A DNA stretch of 64,000 bases, from contig CAZWJU010000001.1 of NCBI GenBank assembly GCA_964634365.1, forward strand, positions 167,028-231,027, read 5' to 3'. The notes beneath the pieces were generated by a model. That model saw only the letters and a list, made by a program, of their open reading frames with translations, had not been told where the DNA came from and ran no database searches. The position numbers and the translations under genes were made by a program. Shown here piece by piece: positions 29,455 to 41,485 of this stretch. Source of the stretch: an uncultured Candidatus Saccharibacteria bacterium (GTDB taxonomy: Bacteria > Patescibacteriota > Minisyncoccia > Phycocordibacterales > UBA9973). How positions within the stretch are numbered: the stretch's first letter is position 1; each line of letters opens with the position of its first letter.

Positions 29455-29889
29455 TTACATTCTGTATTTCTTTCTCTTCCATTTGTCGGCGATTTTTACG
29501 CGTGTGAGAGATCGCTCTAGTTCTGTTTCGTAGTGTTCGAAGTCTACATCCTCGGCATTGTGTTTCATCTTCATGATTTCATCTGCGCGAGCTTTTGCCT
29601 TAGATACTGCATCGTCAGTGATCTCAGATACATGCTCAGCGAAATCAGCAAGAACTTTTACCACGTTTCCAGCGACTTCAATAAACCCACCTGACACTGC
29701 CATAGGGATATATTCATCGCCTACTTTTGCAACAACGTCACCAGATGCAAGCGTTGAGATAAGCGGAATATGATCTGGGAGTATAGTGATCTCCCCTTCA
29801 GTTGTCGGCAAAGTCACCAAATCCACCGCTTCATCGAGCACGATGCGTTCTGGAGTGATGATCTTTAATTGTATTTTTTTAATGCTCAT
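29455..29889 (-). CDS. atpC: ATP synthase epsilon subunit
   Basis: IITPE, GEITILPDH, SGGFIEV; last gene of operon. Confidence 0.94.
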   Translation of the reverse strand: MSIKKIQLKIITPERIVLDEAVDLVTLPTTEGEITILPDHIPLISTLASGDVVAKVGDEYIPMAVSGGFIEVAGNVVKVLADFAEHVSEITDDAVSKAKARADEIMKMKHNAEDVDFEHYETELERSLTRVKIADKWKRKKYRM

Positions 29890-29914
29890 AAATAATATAA
29901 CTTGGTAGTTTTTT

Positions 29915-29946
29915 TACTATAACTTCAAACCTATCACCTACAACCT
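29915..29946 (-). repeat. 7-nt-periodic AGGT array after atpD stop
   Basis: Minus strand AGGTtgtAGGTgatAGGTttgAAGTtatAGTA. Confidence 0.6.
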
Positions 29947-29948
29947 GC

Positions 29949-31564
<1,616 letters not shown>

Positions 31565-31568
31565 AAAT

Positions 31569-32453
31569 TTAACTAACACTTGCCATTCCGGCACTAATTT
31601 CTGATATTTCTTTTGTGATCGCAGCCTGACGCGCTTTGTTGAACGCCAGTGTCAGATCATCGATCATTTCTCCTGCAGCTTCCGACGCATTCTTCATCGC
31701 CATCATGCGAGAGGACTGTTCAGACGCACTAGACTCTAAGAGCATTTGATACACCTGACTTCGTGCAAGTTTCTCTACAAGTGCAGACATGAGGACTTCA
31801 TACCCTGGCTCGAAAGTATAGGAATAGTTTGTAGAATGAGCCATTTGATCTAAATCTTCTACAGACTCTCGAACTTCATCTTTCGATATTGGAAGAAGCT
31901 GACGGACAACTGGTTTTTGAACAAGTGGATTTAGAAAATCTGTATAAGCAACAGATACCTTATCGTATTTTTCATTTTTGAAATCACTGATTATGAGATC
32001 TGCAATCGGCAATATTTCACGAAGTGTTGCGTTTTCTGGAAGCTCTAAGAACGAAGCGACGACATTTTGCCCGAGTCTTCGAAGTGCATTCTCGCCTTTT
32101 TTACCAACTGCAACGAAATCAATTTGCTGACCTTCGCTTTCACGGATCATTTGTAAAATCTTGCGGATAATCTGTGCGTTGTATGCACCACAGAGTCCAC
32201 GGTTGGAAGTTATGAGCACAACAAGAGACTTGCCACCTGTACGCTTTGTAAGTAATGCATGTTCTGATTCATTTTGAACAACAGACAGAGCCTCGAGTAG
32301 CGTCCAAGATTCGTGTGCATATGGACGAGACGAGACAGCTGAAGCAACGGCGCGCTTCATTTTGGAAGCAGAAACCAGCTCCATCGCTTTGGTTATCTTC
32401 TTAGTGTTTTTAACACTCTTTATTCGTCTTTTTATATCAAGTGATCCTGCCAT
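31569..32453 (-). CDS. atpG: ATP synthase gamma subunit
   Basis: KITKAMELV, NRGLCG, SRMMAMKNA, ARQAAITKEI. Confidence 0.97.
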   Translation of the reverse strand: MAGSLDIKRRIKSVKNTKKITKAMELVSASKMKRAVASAVSSRPYAHESWTLLEALSVVQNESEHALLTKRTGGKSLVVLITSNRGLCGAYNAQIIRKILQMIRESEGQQIDFVAVGKKGENALRRLGQNVVASFLELPENATLREILPIADLIISDFKNEKYDKVSVAYTDFLNPLVQKPVVRQLLPISKDEVRESVEDLDQMAHSTNYSYTFEPGYEVLMSALVEKLARSQVYQMLLESSASEQSSRMMAMKNASEAAGEMIDDLTLAFNKARQAAITKEISEISAGMASVS

Positions 32454-32460
32454 AATAAAA

Positions 32461-32796
32461 TTAGGAACCTATTGAAAATAATAATATTATTCCTACAACT
32501 GCAAATACACAGTTAACAATCGAAACAGACATCAATGCTATATCTCCTTTTATACGTCCGACATTCTCAGTCTTTCGCATACAGCTTATCAGAGACTTAA
32601 TTACTCCACTAAGCGAAAAAATAATAGTCAAAACTACTAGAGAAATTAGCACAAGGAAAAATGGGCGTACCAAATCGCCAAGTTCAGCTTGTCTCGAGAT
32701 CAAAAAAGCAAAAGATAAGGATTCCAATATCCAAAGAATTGTCAGCGTGATATTTATTTTTATTAGTGTGTTTTTCATATCAAGTGATCCTGCCAT
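32461..32796 (-). CDS. Three-TM hypothetical protein, cassette 3 (N-terminus MAGSLD identical to AtpG)
   Basis: Hydrophobic 111 aa; resembles its two neighbours. Confidence 0.75.
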   Translation of the reverse strand: MAGSLDMKNTLIKINITLTILWILESLSFAFLISRQAELGDLVRPFFLVLISLVVLTIIFSLSGVIKSLISCMRKTENVGRIKGDIALMSVSIVNCVFAVVGIILLFSIGS

Positions 32797-32799
32797 AAA

Positions 32800-33141
32800 T
32801 TAATAAATATTATTTTTGAATAAATTTGTAATTGCAAAGAAACCAACACTGCATACAAGAAGTGCTATCGATACAACACGCAACTTCCTTTCAAATCCCA
32901 ACATCAATGGATTATTCAATCGATTAATTTTTCTAGCACGCAGGAGACCTGAAACAGCAAAGACACAAGAGAACACTAGTAGGACAAAGGAAGAAATATA
33001 AGAAATCAGCATTGCCCAGAAAAAATATATATTCTGAGAATCAGCACCTAGGAAAAAAATAAGAATAATTACAACCCAAATTCCAACCAATATTTGATTG
33101 GTTCGGTAAATAAATTTTTCTGTTGTGTCTTTGTTTTCCAT
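32800..33141 (-). CDS. Three-TM hypothetical protein, cassette 2
   Basis: Hydrophobic 113 aa. Confidence 0.75.
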   Translation of the reverse strand: MENKDTTEKFIYRTNQILVGIWVVIILIFFLGADSQNIYFFWAMLISYISSFVLLVFSCVFAVSGLLRARKINRLNNPLMLGFERKLRVVSIALLVCSVGFFAITNLFKNNIY

Positions 33142-33187
33142 AATTGGTTAGGTTTATCTTTTTATATCAAGTGATTCTGCCATAAAA

Positions 33188-33553
33188 TTAATGATTAAAT
33201 GAAAAAATAAATACGAGAACACAAAGTGTTAACATTCCCATAAGAATATTGGTAATTGAATACATAAACAATCCTTTATGCTTACCATCAAGAGGACTTG
33301 GGTTTTTTCTTTTAAAACCAGATAGGCGGATTATCGAAGAGATTCCAAATACTAATGAGAGTATCACCAAAAAAGGACTAATAAACATTAAAAACAAAAC
33401 AAAAATAATTCCGAAAAACGAAGTAGATTGACTAAAATATTCGCGATTATTTCCTATATTTTGGATCAATGTAATTATTAACAAGAGTACCCATGTTCCC
33501 CACAGGATTGAAATTATCTTATTTGTTTTTAGAATAAGATTTAATTTTTGCAT
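33188..33553 (-). CDS. Three-TM hypothetical protein, cassette 1
   Basis: Hydrophobic 121 aa; starts 2 nt after the atpA stop. Confidence 0.75.
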   Translation of the reverse strand: MQKLNLILKTNKIISILWGTWVLLLIITLIQNIGNNREYFSQSTSFFGIIFVLFLMFISPFLVILSLVFGISSIIRLSGFKRKNPSPLDGKHKGLFMYSITNILMGMLTLCVLVFIFSFNH

Positions 33554-33555
33554 AA

Positions 33556-35058
33556 TTAGTTAAACGTGCTCTTAAAACTCTCAATCGTTTCTTTTAATTT
33601 AACTTCACTCTCATCACTCCACATTTTCTTCTCCACCACATCAGTCACAAATTCTTTACAATTTGCTTCTACATAGTCGATAAGCCCTGCTTCAAATTCC
33701 TTGATCTTCGCTACAGGTATCGTGTCCATGTATCCGCGAGTAAGTGCGTAAAGTGAGATTACTTGGTGTTGTACAAGCATCGGTGAGTACTGAGTTTGCT
33801 TGAGGAGTTCAACTGCACGGCGTCCGCGTTCGATCTGATTGCGAGTTGCTTGGTCAAGATCAGAACCGAATTGTGCAAATGCTTCTAGTTCACGGAACTG
33901 TGCAAGGTCGAGTTTCAAAGTTCCAGCCACTTTCTTCATAGCTTTGATCTGAGCAGAACCTCCCACACGAGACACAGAAAATCCGACGTTTACCGCAGGA
34001 CGAATACCTTTGTAGAAAAGGTCAGTTTCGAGGAATATCTGTCCGTCAGTGATAGAGATCACGTTTGTCGGGATGTATGCACTGATGTCTCCAGCTTGAG
34101 TTTCGATGATAGGAAGAGCTGTGATAGATCCTCCGCCGTGTTCAGGATTGCGACGACATGCACGTTCAAGAAGTCTTGAGTGAAGGTAAAAGACGTCTCC
34201 AGGATACGCTTCACGTCCTGGTGGTCGACGAAGAAGAAGCGAGATTTCACGATACGCAACTGCGTGCTTTGAAAGATCATCGTATATGATGAGCGCATCT
34301 TGGCCTTTGTGCATAAAATATTCTGCGATTGTAATACCTGCATAAGGAGCAAGGTATTGCATCGGAGATGGATCTGATGCTCCTGCCGAAACTATGACTG
34401 TATAGTCCATCGCTCCAGCTTCGCGAAGACGAGTTTCGAGTGCGCGGAGTTTTGAATCTTTTTGTCCGATAGCGACATACACGCAGATCATGTTCTGACC
34501 TTTTTGGTTCAATATTGTATCGATTGCGATTGCAGTTTTACCAGTTTGTCTGTCACCGATGATAAGCTCACGTTGTCCTCGTCCTACTGGAACAAGCGCA
34601 TCGATAGCTTTGATACCAGTTTGTACTGGTTGATCTACTGACTGACGAGTAATAACTCCCGGAGCGACGGATTCGATCGGCATATTTTTCTCTACCTTGA
34701 TATCACCTTTACCGTCGAGAGCTTGTCCGAGTGGATTAACAACACGTCCGACGATAGAGCCACCGACACCGATTTCAAGAATCTTACCTGTAAGACGAAC
34801 CTCCTGACCCTCTTTGATATTTCCGTAACCACCCAAGATGATAATACCTACTGTGTCGTCTTCTAGGTTTAAGGCTACACCTGTCGCACCATCTTCGAAA
34901 GTAACCATCTCAGACATCTTTACTCCGCGAAGTCCTGATACACGAGCAATACCATCTCCGACTTCAAGCACAGTACCTATCTCTTCACGAACAGCACCAC
35001 CATGGAAGCCGGCGATTTCATTTTTCAATTGTTCAATTATGTGTTTTGTGTTGGACAT
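33556..35058 (-). CDS. atpA: ATP synthase alpha subunit
   Basis: [26 protein letters not shown]. Confidence 0.98.
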   Translation of the reverse strand: MSNTKHIIEQLKNEIAGFHGGAVREEIGTVLEVGDGIARVSGLRGVKMSEMVTFEDGATGVALNLEDDTVGIIILGGYGNIKEGQEVRLTGKILEIGVGGSIVGRVVNPLGQALDGKGDIKVEKNMPIESVAPGVITRQSVDQPVQTGIKAIDALVPVGRGQRELIIGDRQTGKTAIAIDTILNQKGQNMICVYVAIGQKDSKLRALETRLREAGAMDYTVIVSAGASDPSPMQYLAPYAGITIAEYFMHKGQDALIIYDDLSKHAVAYREISLLLRRPPGREAYPGDVFYLHSRLLERACRRNPEHGGGSITALPIIETQAGDISAYIPTNVISITDGQIFLETDLFYKGIRPAVNVGFSVSRVGGSAQIKAMKKVAGTLKLDLAQFRELEAFAQFGSDLDQATRNQIERGRRAVELLKQTQYSPMLVQHQVISLYALTRGYMDTIPVAKIKEFEAGLIDYVEANCKEFVTDVVEKKMWSDESEVKLKETIESFKSTFN

Positions 35059-35061
35059 ATA

Positions 35062-35086
35062 TTAGTATTTAGTGATTAGTAGTTAG
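35062..35086 (-). repeat. 7-nt-periodic CTAA array before atpA start
   Basis: Plus-strand TTAG at 35062, 35069, 35076, 35083. Confidence 0.65.
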
Positions 35087-35095
35087 CGAACAGAA

Positions 35096-35500
35096 TTATT
35101 TTAAGAGTGCTTGTCTAAATCTGTTTATTCGACCAGAGAGACTCGCGTCTATCAGATACTCGTCAGTTTTTATTTTCCATCCTGCAATCAGTTTTTTATC
35201 TATCTTTGTTTCTACCTCTACATCATCTGCCCCTACTTCTTTTTTAAAAATGCGAACTATTTCCTTTTCATGTGATTCAGATATTTTTTCTGGGAGCACA
35301 AGCTTCGCATAGACTATCTTTTTTTGACCTGTTGCTATCTTCTCGAATTTTTCCAGTATATTATCGACTTTTCCAAGCATCCTTCTTTTTTTCAGAAATC
35401 TTGCATATGTGTGTATGATTTTTGAAACATCTTCTACACTGTGACCTTTGGATATTTCGTACAAAATGTCAGCGTATTCGGTTGTACTATTTTTTTTCAT
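35096..35500 (-). CDS. atpH: ATP synthase delta subunit (short)
   Basis: Position between atpF and atpA; DKKLIAG...IDASL. Confidence 0.88.
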   Translation of the reverse strand: MKKNSTTEYADILYEISKGHSVEDVSKIIHTYARFLKKRRMLGKVDNILEKFEKIATGQKKIVYAKLVLPEKISESHEKEIVRIFKKEVGADDVEVETKIDKKLIAGWKIKTDEYLIDASLSGRINRFRQALLK

Positions 35501-35502
35501 TG

Positions 35503-36000
35503 TTAATTAAATTCTTTTACTGCTCCTTCTGATATCTTTGACTTTAGTTTTTCATCCATAACATCACCCAGTATCTTTTCTGCACTAGACACAACCAAGT
35601 GAGCCAACTCCTTTTTGGCCTCACCGAGCATTTTTGCCTTCTCTGCTTCAAGTTCCATGCGACCATTTTCGACAAGCTTTTGTGAATCTAGAGATGCTTT
35701 TACAAGCAAATCTTCGCGAATTTTTTCTGCATCTTTTTTTGCTTCGCTTATTAATACGAGAGATTCTTTGCGAGCCTCAGCAATAATCTTTTTATATTCT
35801 TCTTCAGTTTCTAAAAGCATTTCTTTATGCTTTTTTGCGTCTGTGAGACCAGTTGCGATCTTCACACTTCTTTCATCCATCAACTTGCCAAGTGGCTTGA
35901 TAGCAAATTTATACAATACAACAATCACTATCGCAAAGTTAACCATCTGAGCAATGATAAGTTTCCAGTCTATGTGAAATGTGTCTATAAGTGAATCCAT
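35503..36000 (-). CDS. atpF: ATP synthase b subunit
   Basis: AQMVNF TM, KPL..MDER, coiled coil. Confidence 0.94.
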   Translation of the reverse strand: MDSLIDTFHIDWKLIIAQMVNFAIVIVVLYKFAIKPLGKLMDERSVKIATGLTDAKKHKEMLLETEEEYKKIIAEARKESLVLISEAKKDAEKIREDLLVKASLDSQKLVENGRMELEAEKAKMLGEAKKELAHLVVSSAEKILGDVMDEKLKSKISEGAVKEFN

Positions 36001-36016
36001 TTTTATAAAAAATTAA

Positions 36017-36313
36017 TTATATTTCTCCGTAATAGCTCTTGACCCTTTTTACAAATTCATCTACATCATCTTTGTGTAGCATGTAATCATGGTAAGAACC
36101 CGTACCTTTACCCTCTTTATCAAAAACATTTTTTAACTTCAAACCTTCGCCAAGATTTTCATAATCTGCATCTAGTCCATCAACAAATCTGCTTATGTAC
36201 TGGGTTTGTCTACCACCAAGAAGCTTTCTTGCTATGTCACTCATCTTTACAAACCCTTCCATGTCACAAGGTAAATTCTCGGGATTTTGATTTTCTTCAA
36301 TTTTTATTTTCAT
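36017..36313 (-). CDS. Soluble hypothetical protein inserted between atpE and atpF
   Basis: 98-aa ORF from MKIKIEENQ. Confidence 0.7.
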   Translation of the reverse strand: MKIKIEENQNPENLPCDMEGFVKMSDIARKLLGGRQTQYISRFVDGLDADYENLGEGLKLKNVFDKEGKGTGSYHDYMLHKDDVDEFVKRVKSYYGEI

Positions 36314-36390
36314 ATTGAATCTGCAGTTAGCAGATAAAGATTTACGATTTTGATTGATAGGATCAAGCTCGTAAACCCAAAATCTACCAA

Positions 36391-36621
<231 letters not shown>

Positions 36622-36686
36622 TTATAATTTGCTCCACTTAAGTGGTTGCGGAGGCTCTATGATTTTCACAGAGTCTCCGTAAACAC

Positions 36687-37607
36687 CTATGCGTGAACAT
36701 GTTTTGCTTCGCTGTGTTCAGATCCGTGCTCTTCGTGGTCTTGTGATGCGATTGTGAAATACACGAGAGTGAGCATTGAAAATATCAATGCTTGTATAAC
36801 ACCTACAAGTATCTCCAAGAACAAAAACGGTATAGGTACTGCGTATGCAACAAGCGCTGCCATAGACGCAAGCAGAACCTCTCCAGCAAAAACGTTTCCA
36901 AAAAGACGAAAAGACAGAGATGCTATTTTTGCAAATTCACCAATTATTTCAAGCAATCCAACAAAGAATGTAATGGGCGCAACAATCAAAACAGTTGGTT
37001 CGTGACGAACCTTTGTAAAAATCTGCCCCAATGCCTTTAAATTAACATATTTATTGAACATTTTCCACCCACCAATTGTGACAATACCGAAGATATTTGC
37101 CCCTATAACCGATATGATCGCAAGGGCAATAGTTGTATTTATGTCTGCTGTACCTCCACGCAAAAATGGGATAAGAAGATTCTCTCCATGATGCTCCACT
37201 ACCTGACCAACTGACCCAGAACCTGGCAAGATCCCTAGCCAGTTGTTTATCAAAACAAAAAAGAAAAGTGATATAGATAGAGGAAAAACTTTTTTTGTAA
37301 GTTTGCGATCATTTGTAACTTGATCGGCCAAAGACAGAGCACCTTCGATTATGATTTCAAAAAGATTTTGCAACTTTCCTGGAATTTCTTTTAGATTTTT
37401 TCTTATAAGAACGGATAGTAGAACAATCACCAAAACAGCTCCCCATGAGGTAACGAGTGAGTTTGTTACTGGAAATTCTTTTATCTCTGCAACAGGTTCG
37501 GCGAAAAGGGTTATTTCATGAACAATCTCTTCGCTGTGTGAAGAAACTGATTGATCTGATGTTTCCAATTCACTGATTGGTTTAGCTGTTTCTGTGGTTA
37601 CTGACAT
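36687..37607 (-). CDS. atpB: ATP synthase a subunit
   Basis: NNWLGILPG, TADINTT, SLSFRLFGNVFAGE, IQALIF. Confidence 0.96.
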   Translation of the reverse strand: MSVTTETAKPISELETSDQSVSSHSEEIVHEITLFAEPVAEIKEFPVTNSLVTSWGAVLVIVLLSVLIRKNLKEIPGKLQNLFEIIIEGALSLADQVTNDRKLTKKVFPLSISLFFFVLINNWLGILPGSGSVGQVVEHHGENLLIPFLRGGTADINTTIALAIISVIGANIFGIVTIGGWKMFNKYVNLKALGQIFTKVRHEPTVLIVAPITFFVGLLEIIGEFAKIASLSFRLFGNVFAGEVLLASMAALVAYAVPIPFLFLEILVGVIQALIFSMLTLVYFTIASQDHEEHGSEHSEAKHVHA

Positions 37608-37608
37608 T

Positions 37609-37896
37609 TTATTTTACTTCTAATTTATTTTTGCTTTCATTTTCAATATCTGAAATAGCCTTCTTGGATTGTTTGACTATTAAAACCAGAGAAACCACAA
37701 AAGCTACGGCTATAAGAGAAAAGAAAAAAATCTTACCTGTACTAAAATATTTATCTAAAAATTTACCCAGCAAAACTGCAACGATTATCGGACCAGCTAT
37801 ATATCCTGATACTTGCACAAAAAACAAAACAGCACCGCGCCACCAAATAGTATTTTTTTTGTTATATTTTTCTATTTGTGTACTATTTTGATCCAT
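37609..37896 (-). CDS. AtpZ/AtpI-family membrane protein
   Basis: Two TM with LGKFLDKYF; first gene of the atp operon. Confidence 0.8.
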   Translation of the reverse strand: MDQNSTQIEKYNKKNTIWWRGAVLFFVQVSGYIAGPIIVAVLLGKFLDKYFSTGKIFFFSLIAVAFVVSLVLIVKQSKKAISDIENESKNKLEVK

Positions 37897-37931
37897 TGAT
37901 TTTATTTGAATAGTTTATTTTTGAATATTGT

Positions 37932-38059
37932 GATCACATATAATTTACTCGTCGTCACTCGTAAATTTCTGCGATCCCGCCTCGCGATTTTGTGTGCTCA
38001 CAAAATATCGCTCCGGCTCTCACTACGGTCAAAAAATTAAAGAAGTTTAATTTTTTGAC
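37932..38059 (-). other. Structured element in tRNA-Ile 3' trailer
   Basis: 14-bp perfect hairpin 38028-38059 plus two long GA-internal-loop hairpins. Confidence 0.6.
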
Positions 38060-38065
38060 TCTCAG

Positions 38066-38137
38066 TGAGCGTGGATGGAATCGGACCATCGACCTCTGTC
38101 TTATCAGGACAGCGTTCTACCACTGAACTACACGCTC
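38066..38137 (-). tRNA. tRNA-Ile(GAU), no encoded CCA
   Basis: Cloverleaf: acceptor GAGCGTG/CACGCTC, anticodon arm CTGTC-CTGATAA-GACAG, T arm GATGG-TCCGATT-CCATC. Confidence 0.93.
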
Positions 38138-38253
38138 AAAAACTATGATTTGAAACAAAAATGCCAAACAGCTGGCGAAAAAACTATAGCAAAAAAAACG
38201 CATATTAGCAAACAAAAAACCCTCAATTTAGTGAGGGTTTTTTGTTTTAAAGC

Positions 38254-38562
38254 TTAGAATTCGCGTCTTTGTGGTCTGAAACCTCCTGAGCGTGCTCCGC
38301 CTTGTGGTCTATCACCTAGAGGACGTGCTTCGCTAACAGTTAGATTGCGTCCACCGAAATCTTTACCGTTAAACATTTCGATAGCAGAATCTGCATCTGC
38401 GTCTTGTTCCATCTCAACGAAGCCGAAGCCTTTTGAGCGACCAGACATTTTATCCATGATAATTGTTGCAGATAGAACTGCACCTGCTTGCTCAAAGTGT
38501 GACTTGAGCTCGTTGTCAGTTGTACTGTAAGGTAAACCTCCAACGTATAATTTTTTCGCCAT
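38254..38562 (-). CDS. RRM RNA-binding protein
   Basis: RNP2 LYVGGL, RNP1 KGFGFVEM, Gly/Arg tail. Confidence 0.95.
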   Translation of the reverse strand: MAKKLYVGGLPYSTTDNELKSHFEQAGAVLSATIIMDKMSGRSKGFGFVEMEQDADADSAIEMFNGKDFGGRNLTVSEARPLGDRPQGGARSGGFRPQRREF

Positions 38563-38745
38563 ACATTATCGTCACGCTCCTGCCTAAACAGTGCGGACAA
38601 ACTAATCTGAGTTTCCTCAGAAATTAATAAAGTACTCCGGTACTGTTTAACTCAAAACGTTGAGGCTTAAACCTCAAAACGAACAAGACTAACTAGACGC
38701 GAGAATACAAAAAGAAGTATACCACAAATATACTAAACCAACAAG

Positions 38746-39717
38746 TTATTCATCTTCTGCATCGCCAACAGTGCCTGATTCTAGACTGTCTATAATTTTA
38801 TCTATATTTCCAAGCATTATATTCGGAATATTGGACCAAGACTGTCTGATACGATGATCTGTAACACGATCCTGTGGAAAATTGTAAGTCCTGATTTTTT
38901 CACTTCTGTCCCCTGTCCCAATTTGATTTTTACGATCTGCAGAATATTTCTTTGCATCTTCCTCATCTTGGAGGGCCTGCAATTTTGCCGCCAAAATAGT
39001 CATAGCTTTTTCACGATTTTTAAGTTGAGTTCTCTCAGAAGTACAGCGCACATCTATACCAGTAGGTTTGTGAATAAGACGAACCGCAGTCTCTACTTTG
39101 TTTACGTTTTGACCTCCAGCTCCACCAGAACGAGAATATTCCATATCTAAGTCCGCCGGATTAATAACAAAGTTTACCTTTTTCTTTATCGGCAAAACTG
39201 CTACAGACGCAGTCGATGTGTGTATTCGCCCGTTTTTTTCAGTTGCTGGAACTCTCTGAACTCTATGTACACCAGTTTCGTAACGAAGTTTTTTATAGAC
39301 ATCTTTTCCGTGCAATTCAAAAGAAGCCTCTTTATACCCACCAGTATCGTTCATAGATTCATAGTTTTTTGTCCAAGACCATCCAAGTTTAGATGCATAT
39401 TTCTCGTACATTTCCGCAAGCTGTAGAGCAAAAAGTGACGCCTCATCGCCTCCTGCACCAGCTCTAACTTCAAGCACGATTTCATTTGGAAATTCTTCTT
39501 CTTCGATTTCGCGCGCAAGTATAGCTTCGATTTGTTTTATAACACCCTCTTTTTCTATACGGAGATTTTCAAGATCATTGTCCGCAAGCTCTTTCAAGCT
39601 TGGGTCAGAATCGAGTAGCTCTTTTACAGACAATTCGCTAGCTTCAATACGCTCAAGATTTTCAATTAAAAAACTTGTTTTATAATCTTTCTTTAATTCT
39701 TCTCGGTTTATTTCCAT
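38746..39717 (-). CDS. prfA: Peptide chain release factor 1
   Basis: GAGGDEA, PAT (PxT) motif, [15 protein letters not shown]. Confidence 0.95.
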   Translation of the reverse strand: MEINREELKKDYKTSFLIENLERIEASELSVKELLDSDPSLKELADNDLENLRIEKEGVIKQIEAILAREIEEEEFPNEIVLEVRAGAGGDEASLFALQLAEMYEKYASKLGWSWTKNYESMNDTGGYKEASFELHGKDVYKKLRYETGVHRVQRVPATEKNGRIHTSTASVAVLPIKKKVNFVINPADLDMEYSRSGGAGGQNVNKVETAVRLIHKPTGIDVRCTSERTQLKNREKAMTILAAKLQALQDEEDAKKYSADRKNQIGTGDRSEKIRTYNFPQDRVTDHRIRQSWSNIPNIMLGNIDKIIDSLESGTVGDAEDE

Positions 39718-39788
39718 AGACTTATATTAACGCCCTAAATACAAAAAAGAAACCCTCTTGGTCTCTTTTTTGTATAAATTAATATTAT

Positions 39789-40004
39789 TTATTTTTTTGC
39801 AGCACTTTTTGCAACACGCTTTTTGAATCTATCTACGCGTCCTGCTGTGTCTAGAACTTTCTCGTTTCCTGTAAAGAAAGGGTGGCATTGGCTACAGATT
39901 TCAACAGTTATAGCTTCTTTAGTTGATCCTACAGGAAAAGACGCTCCGCATGCGCATGAAACTAGTGCGTTTGTATAGTGTGTTGGGTGTATGTCTTTCT
40001 TCAT
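39789..40004 (-). CDS. rpmE: 50S ribosomal protein L31 (Zn-binding type)
   Basis: [27 protein letters not shown]. Confidence 0.96.
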   Translation of the reverse strand: MKKDIHPTHYTNALVSCACGASFPVGSTKEAITVEICSQCHPFFTGNEKVLDTAGRVDRFKKRVAKSAAKK

Positions 40005-40026
40005 ATTTGAGTACAATAGCACGATT

Positions 40027-41409
40027 TTATAAACCTTGCAACGGGTCTATCATAGTCTCTTGGATAGTAGCTGCTTTAGCCATAACTTGGTTTCCATAGA
40101 AGGAATTTGCTGGTGAGGCCGAGTCACAAGATCTTCCAGAATAATATCTACAAGCTGCATTTCTCTCAGCTGTGTAAGTCTTTGCATTTGCACCCAAATC
40201 TCCCAAATAAATAGATGAGGCCATAAAAGCATCAGCCGGATTCCATGGATCAGGAGTTGCCTTGCCTACTGCTGCTCCAATTCTAGACTGGAACAGGGCC
40301 CATGTTGAAGGTATAAATTGTGCAGGCCCCATCGCTCCTCCGTAACCTACAGTCCAAGGACAAGAAACTCGAGTTTTATATGGATCTCTTCCTAGTGCTT
40401 TTGTAATATTCAAAAATGGAGTTACATCTCGAGTTGGCTTCATAACATTTAAAATTGTAGTTCCAGTATTTGCACCTACACCAGCTCCAGTAACTGGATC
40501 TGACAAATAACATGAACCAACGTTTTTACCCAGGTTAGACTCTTGGGTCAAAATAGCCAACACAAAAGCTGGTCTCACACCTGTCTTAAGAGAAGCAGCT
40601 TCTGCATACTTCAAAGCATCTCCGAATGGAATTGCTCCTGTGTCACGCAAAGCAAACAGAGCACTACGAATCTGTGCAGCCTTCTTTTGTCTTTCAGCTA
40701 AGACTGCCTGATATTCTTTTTCTTTATTTTTACTAATTGAAAGTAGTTTTTGCTTCTCGCTTTCTGATGTTTCAACTTTGCGTTTTGCACTCTCAATTTC
40801 AGCTTTTGCATCTAGCTCAGCATCTTGTTTTTTTCTTAATTCTTCTTTTTCATTTACAGTTATACCTTTTACCTCTTTGATTTCATCTACTGAAGATTTT
40901 ATGGATTCTTGTATTGAAGCAAAAGTATCTACGTCGTTATAAAAATCTGAGACAGTAGCGTTTGTAAGCATAACGTGCACAAAATTTGCATCATCTATCT
41001 GATGAGTCTTTCTGATCAGTTGGGCTAGAGATTCTTTAGTTTTAAAAAGTTTATCGTCTAAGTTAGTTATAGTATTGTTTTTTTCGTTTATCTCACTTGT
41101 TAATTTGCTTATAACAAGATTTTTTGCCTTTATGTTTAACTTGGCTTTTTCTATTTGAGTAGTTAGCACCTTTATGTCTCCAGATATAGAGGCTGATTGA
41201 CCTTTCTGGCTGTTTAATTCAGCTGTTTTTTGAGCTATTTCTGCCTCTAACTTAGCCAATTCAGCCTCTAGGACCTTTTTTTGATCCTCGGCTATAGAAA
41301 GCTCTGATGCATAGACCGTATTTGGTTCTGATGCATAAAAATAAGGAGCTCCTACTAAGCTAACCAGGGTCAATATAACTATTATTTTTGAAGCTAAATC
41401 CTTGAACAT
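40027..41409 (-). CDS. Secreted coiled-coil lytic murein transglycosylase
   Basis: Signal peptide, coiled coil, [24 protein letters not shown]; start set at MFKDL. Confidence 0.85.
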   Translation of the reverse strand: MFKDLASKIIVILTLVSLVGAPYFYASEPNTVYASELSIAEDQKKVLEAELAKLEAEIAQKTAELNSQKGQSASISGDIKVLTTQIEKAKLNIKAKNLVISKLTSEINEKNNTITNLDDKLFKTKESLAQLIRKTHQIDDANFVHVMLTNATVSDFYNDVDTFASIQESIKSSVDEIKEVKGITVNEKEELRKKQDAELDAKAEIESAKRKVETSESEKQKLLSISKNKEKEYQAVLAERQKKAAQIRSALFALRDTGAIPFGDALKYAEAASLKTGVRPAFVLAILTQESNLGKNVGSCYLSDPVTGAGVGANTGTTILNVMKPTRDVTPFLNITKALGRDPYKTRVSCPWTVGYGGAMGPAQFIPSTWALFQSRIGAAVGKATPDPWNPADAFMASSIYLGDLGANAKTYTAERNAACRYYSGRSCDSASPANSFYGNQVMAKAATIQETMIDPLQGL

Positions 41410-41485
41410 GTGGTTTATATTATAACATAACGAAAAACCCACCTGTCTTGTGACAAGTGGATTTCTCTTTGTTCTAAAATTCGTA

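Larger units (their letters stand above)
32427..33185 (-). repeat. Three direct copies of the atpG 5' end (32427-32455, 32771-32798, 33157-33185)
   Basis: TTATGGCAG(G/A)ATCACTTGATAT(A/G)AAAA repeated; copy 3 matches the real atpG start at 28/29 nt. Confidence 0.9.

Noticed and set aside
32427-33185. atpG-start repeats as CRISPR or integron attC sites
   Set aside because: Spacers are whole genes of 310-360 bp, repeats are non-palindromic coding sequence, and there is no cas or intI
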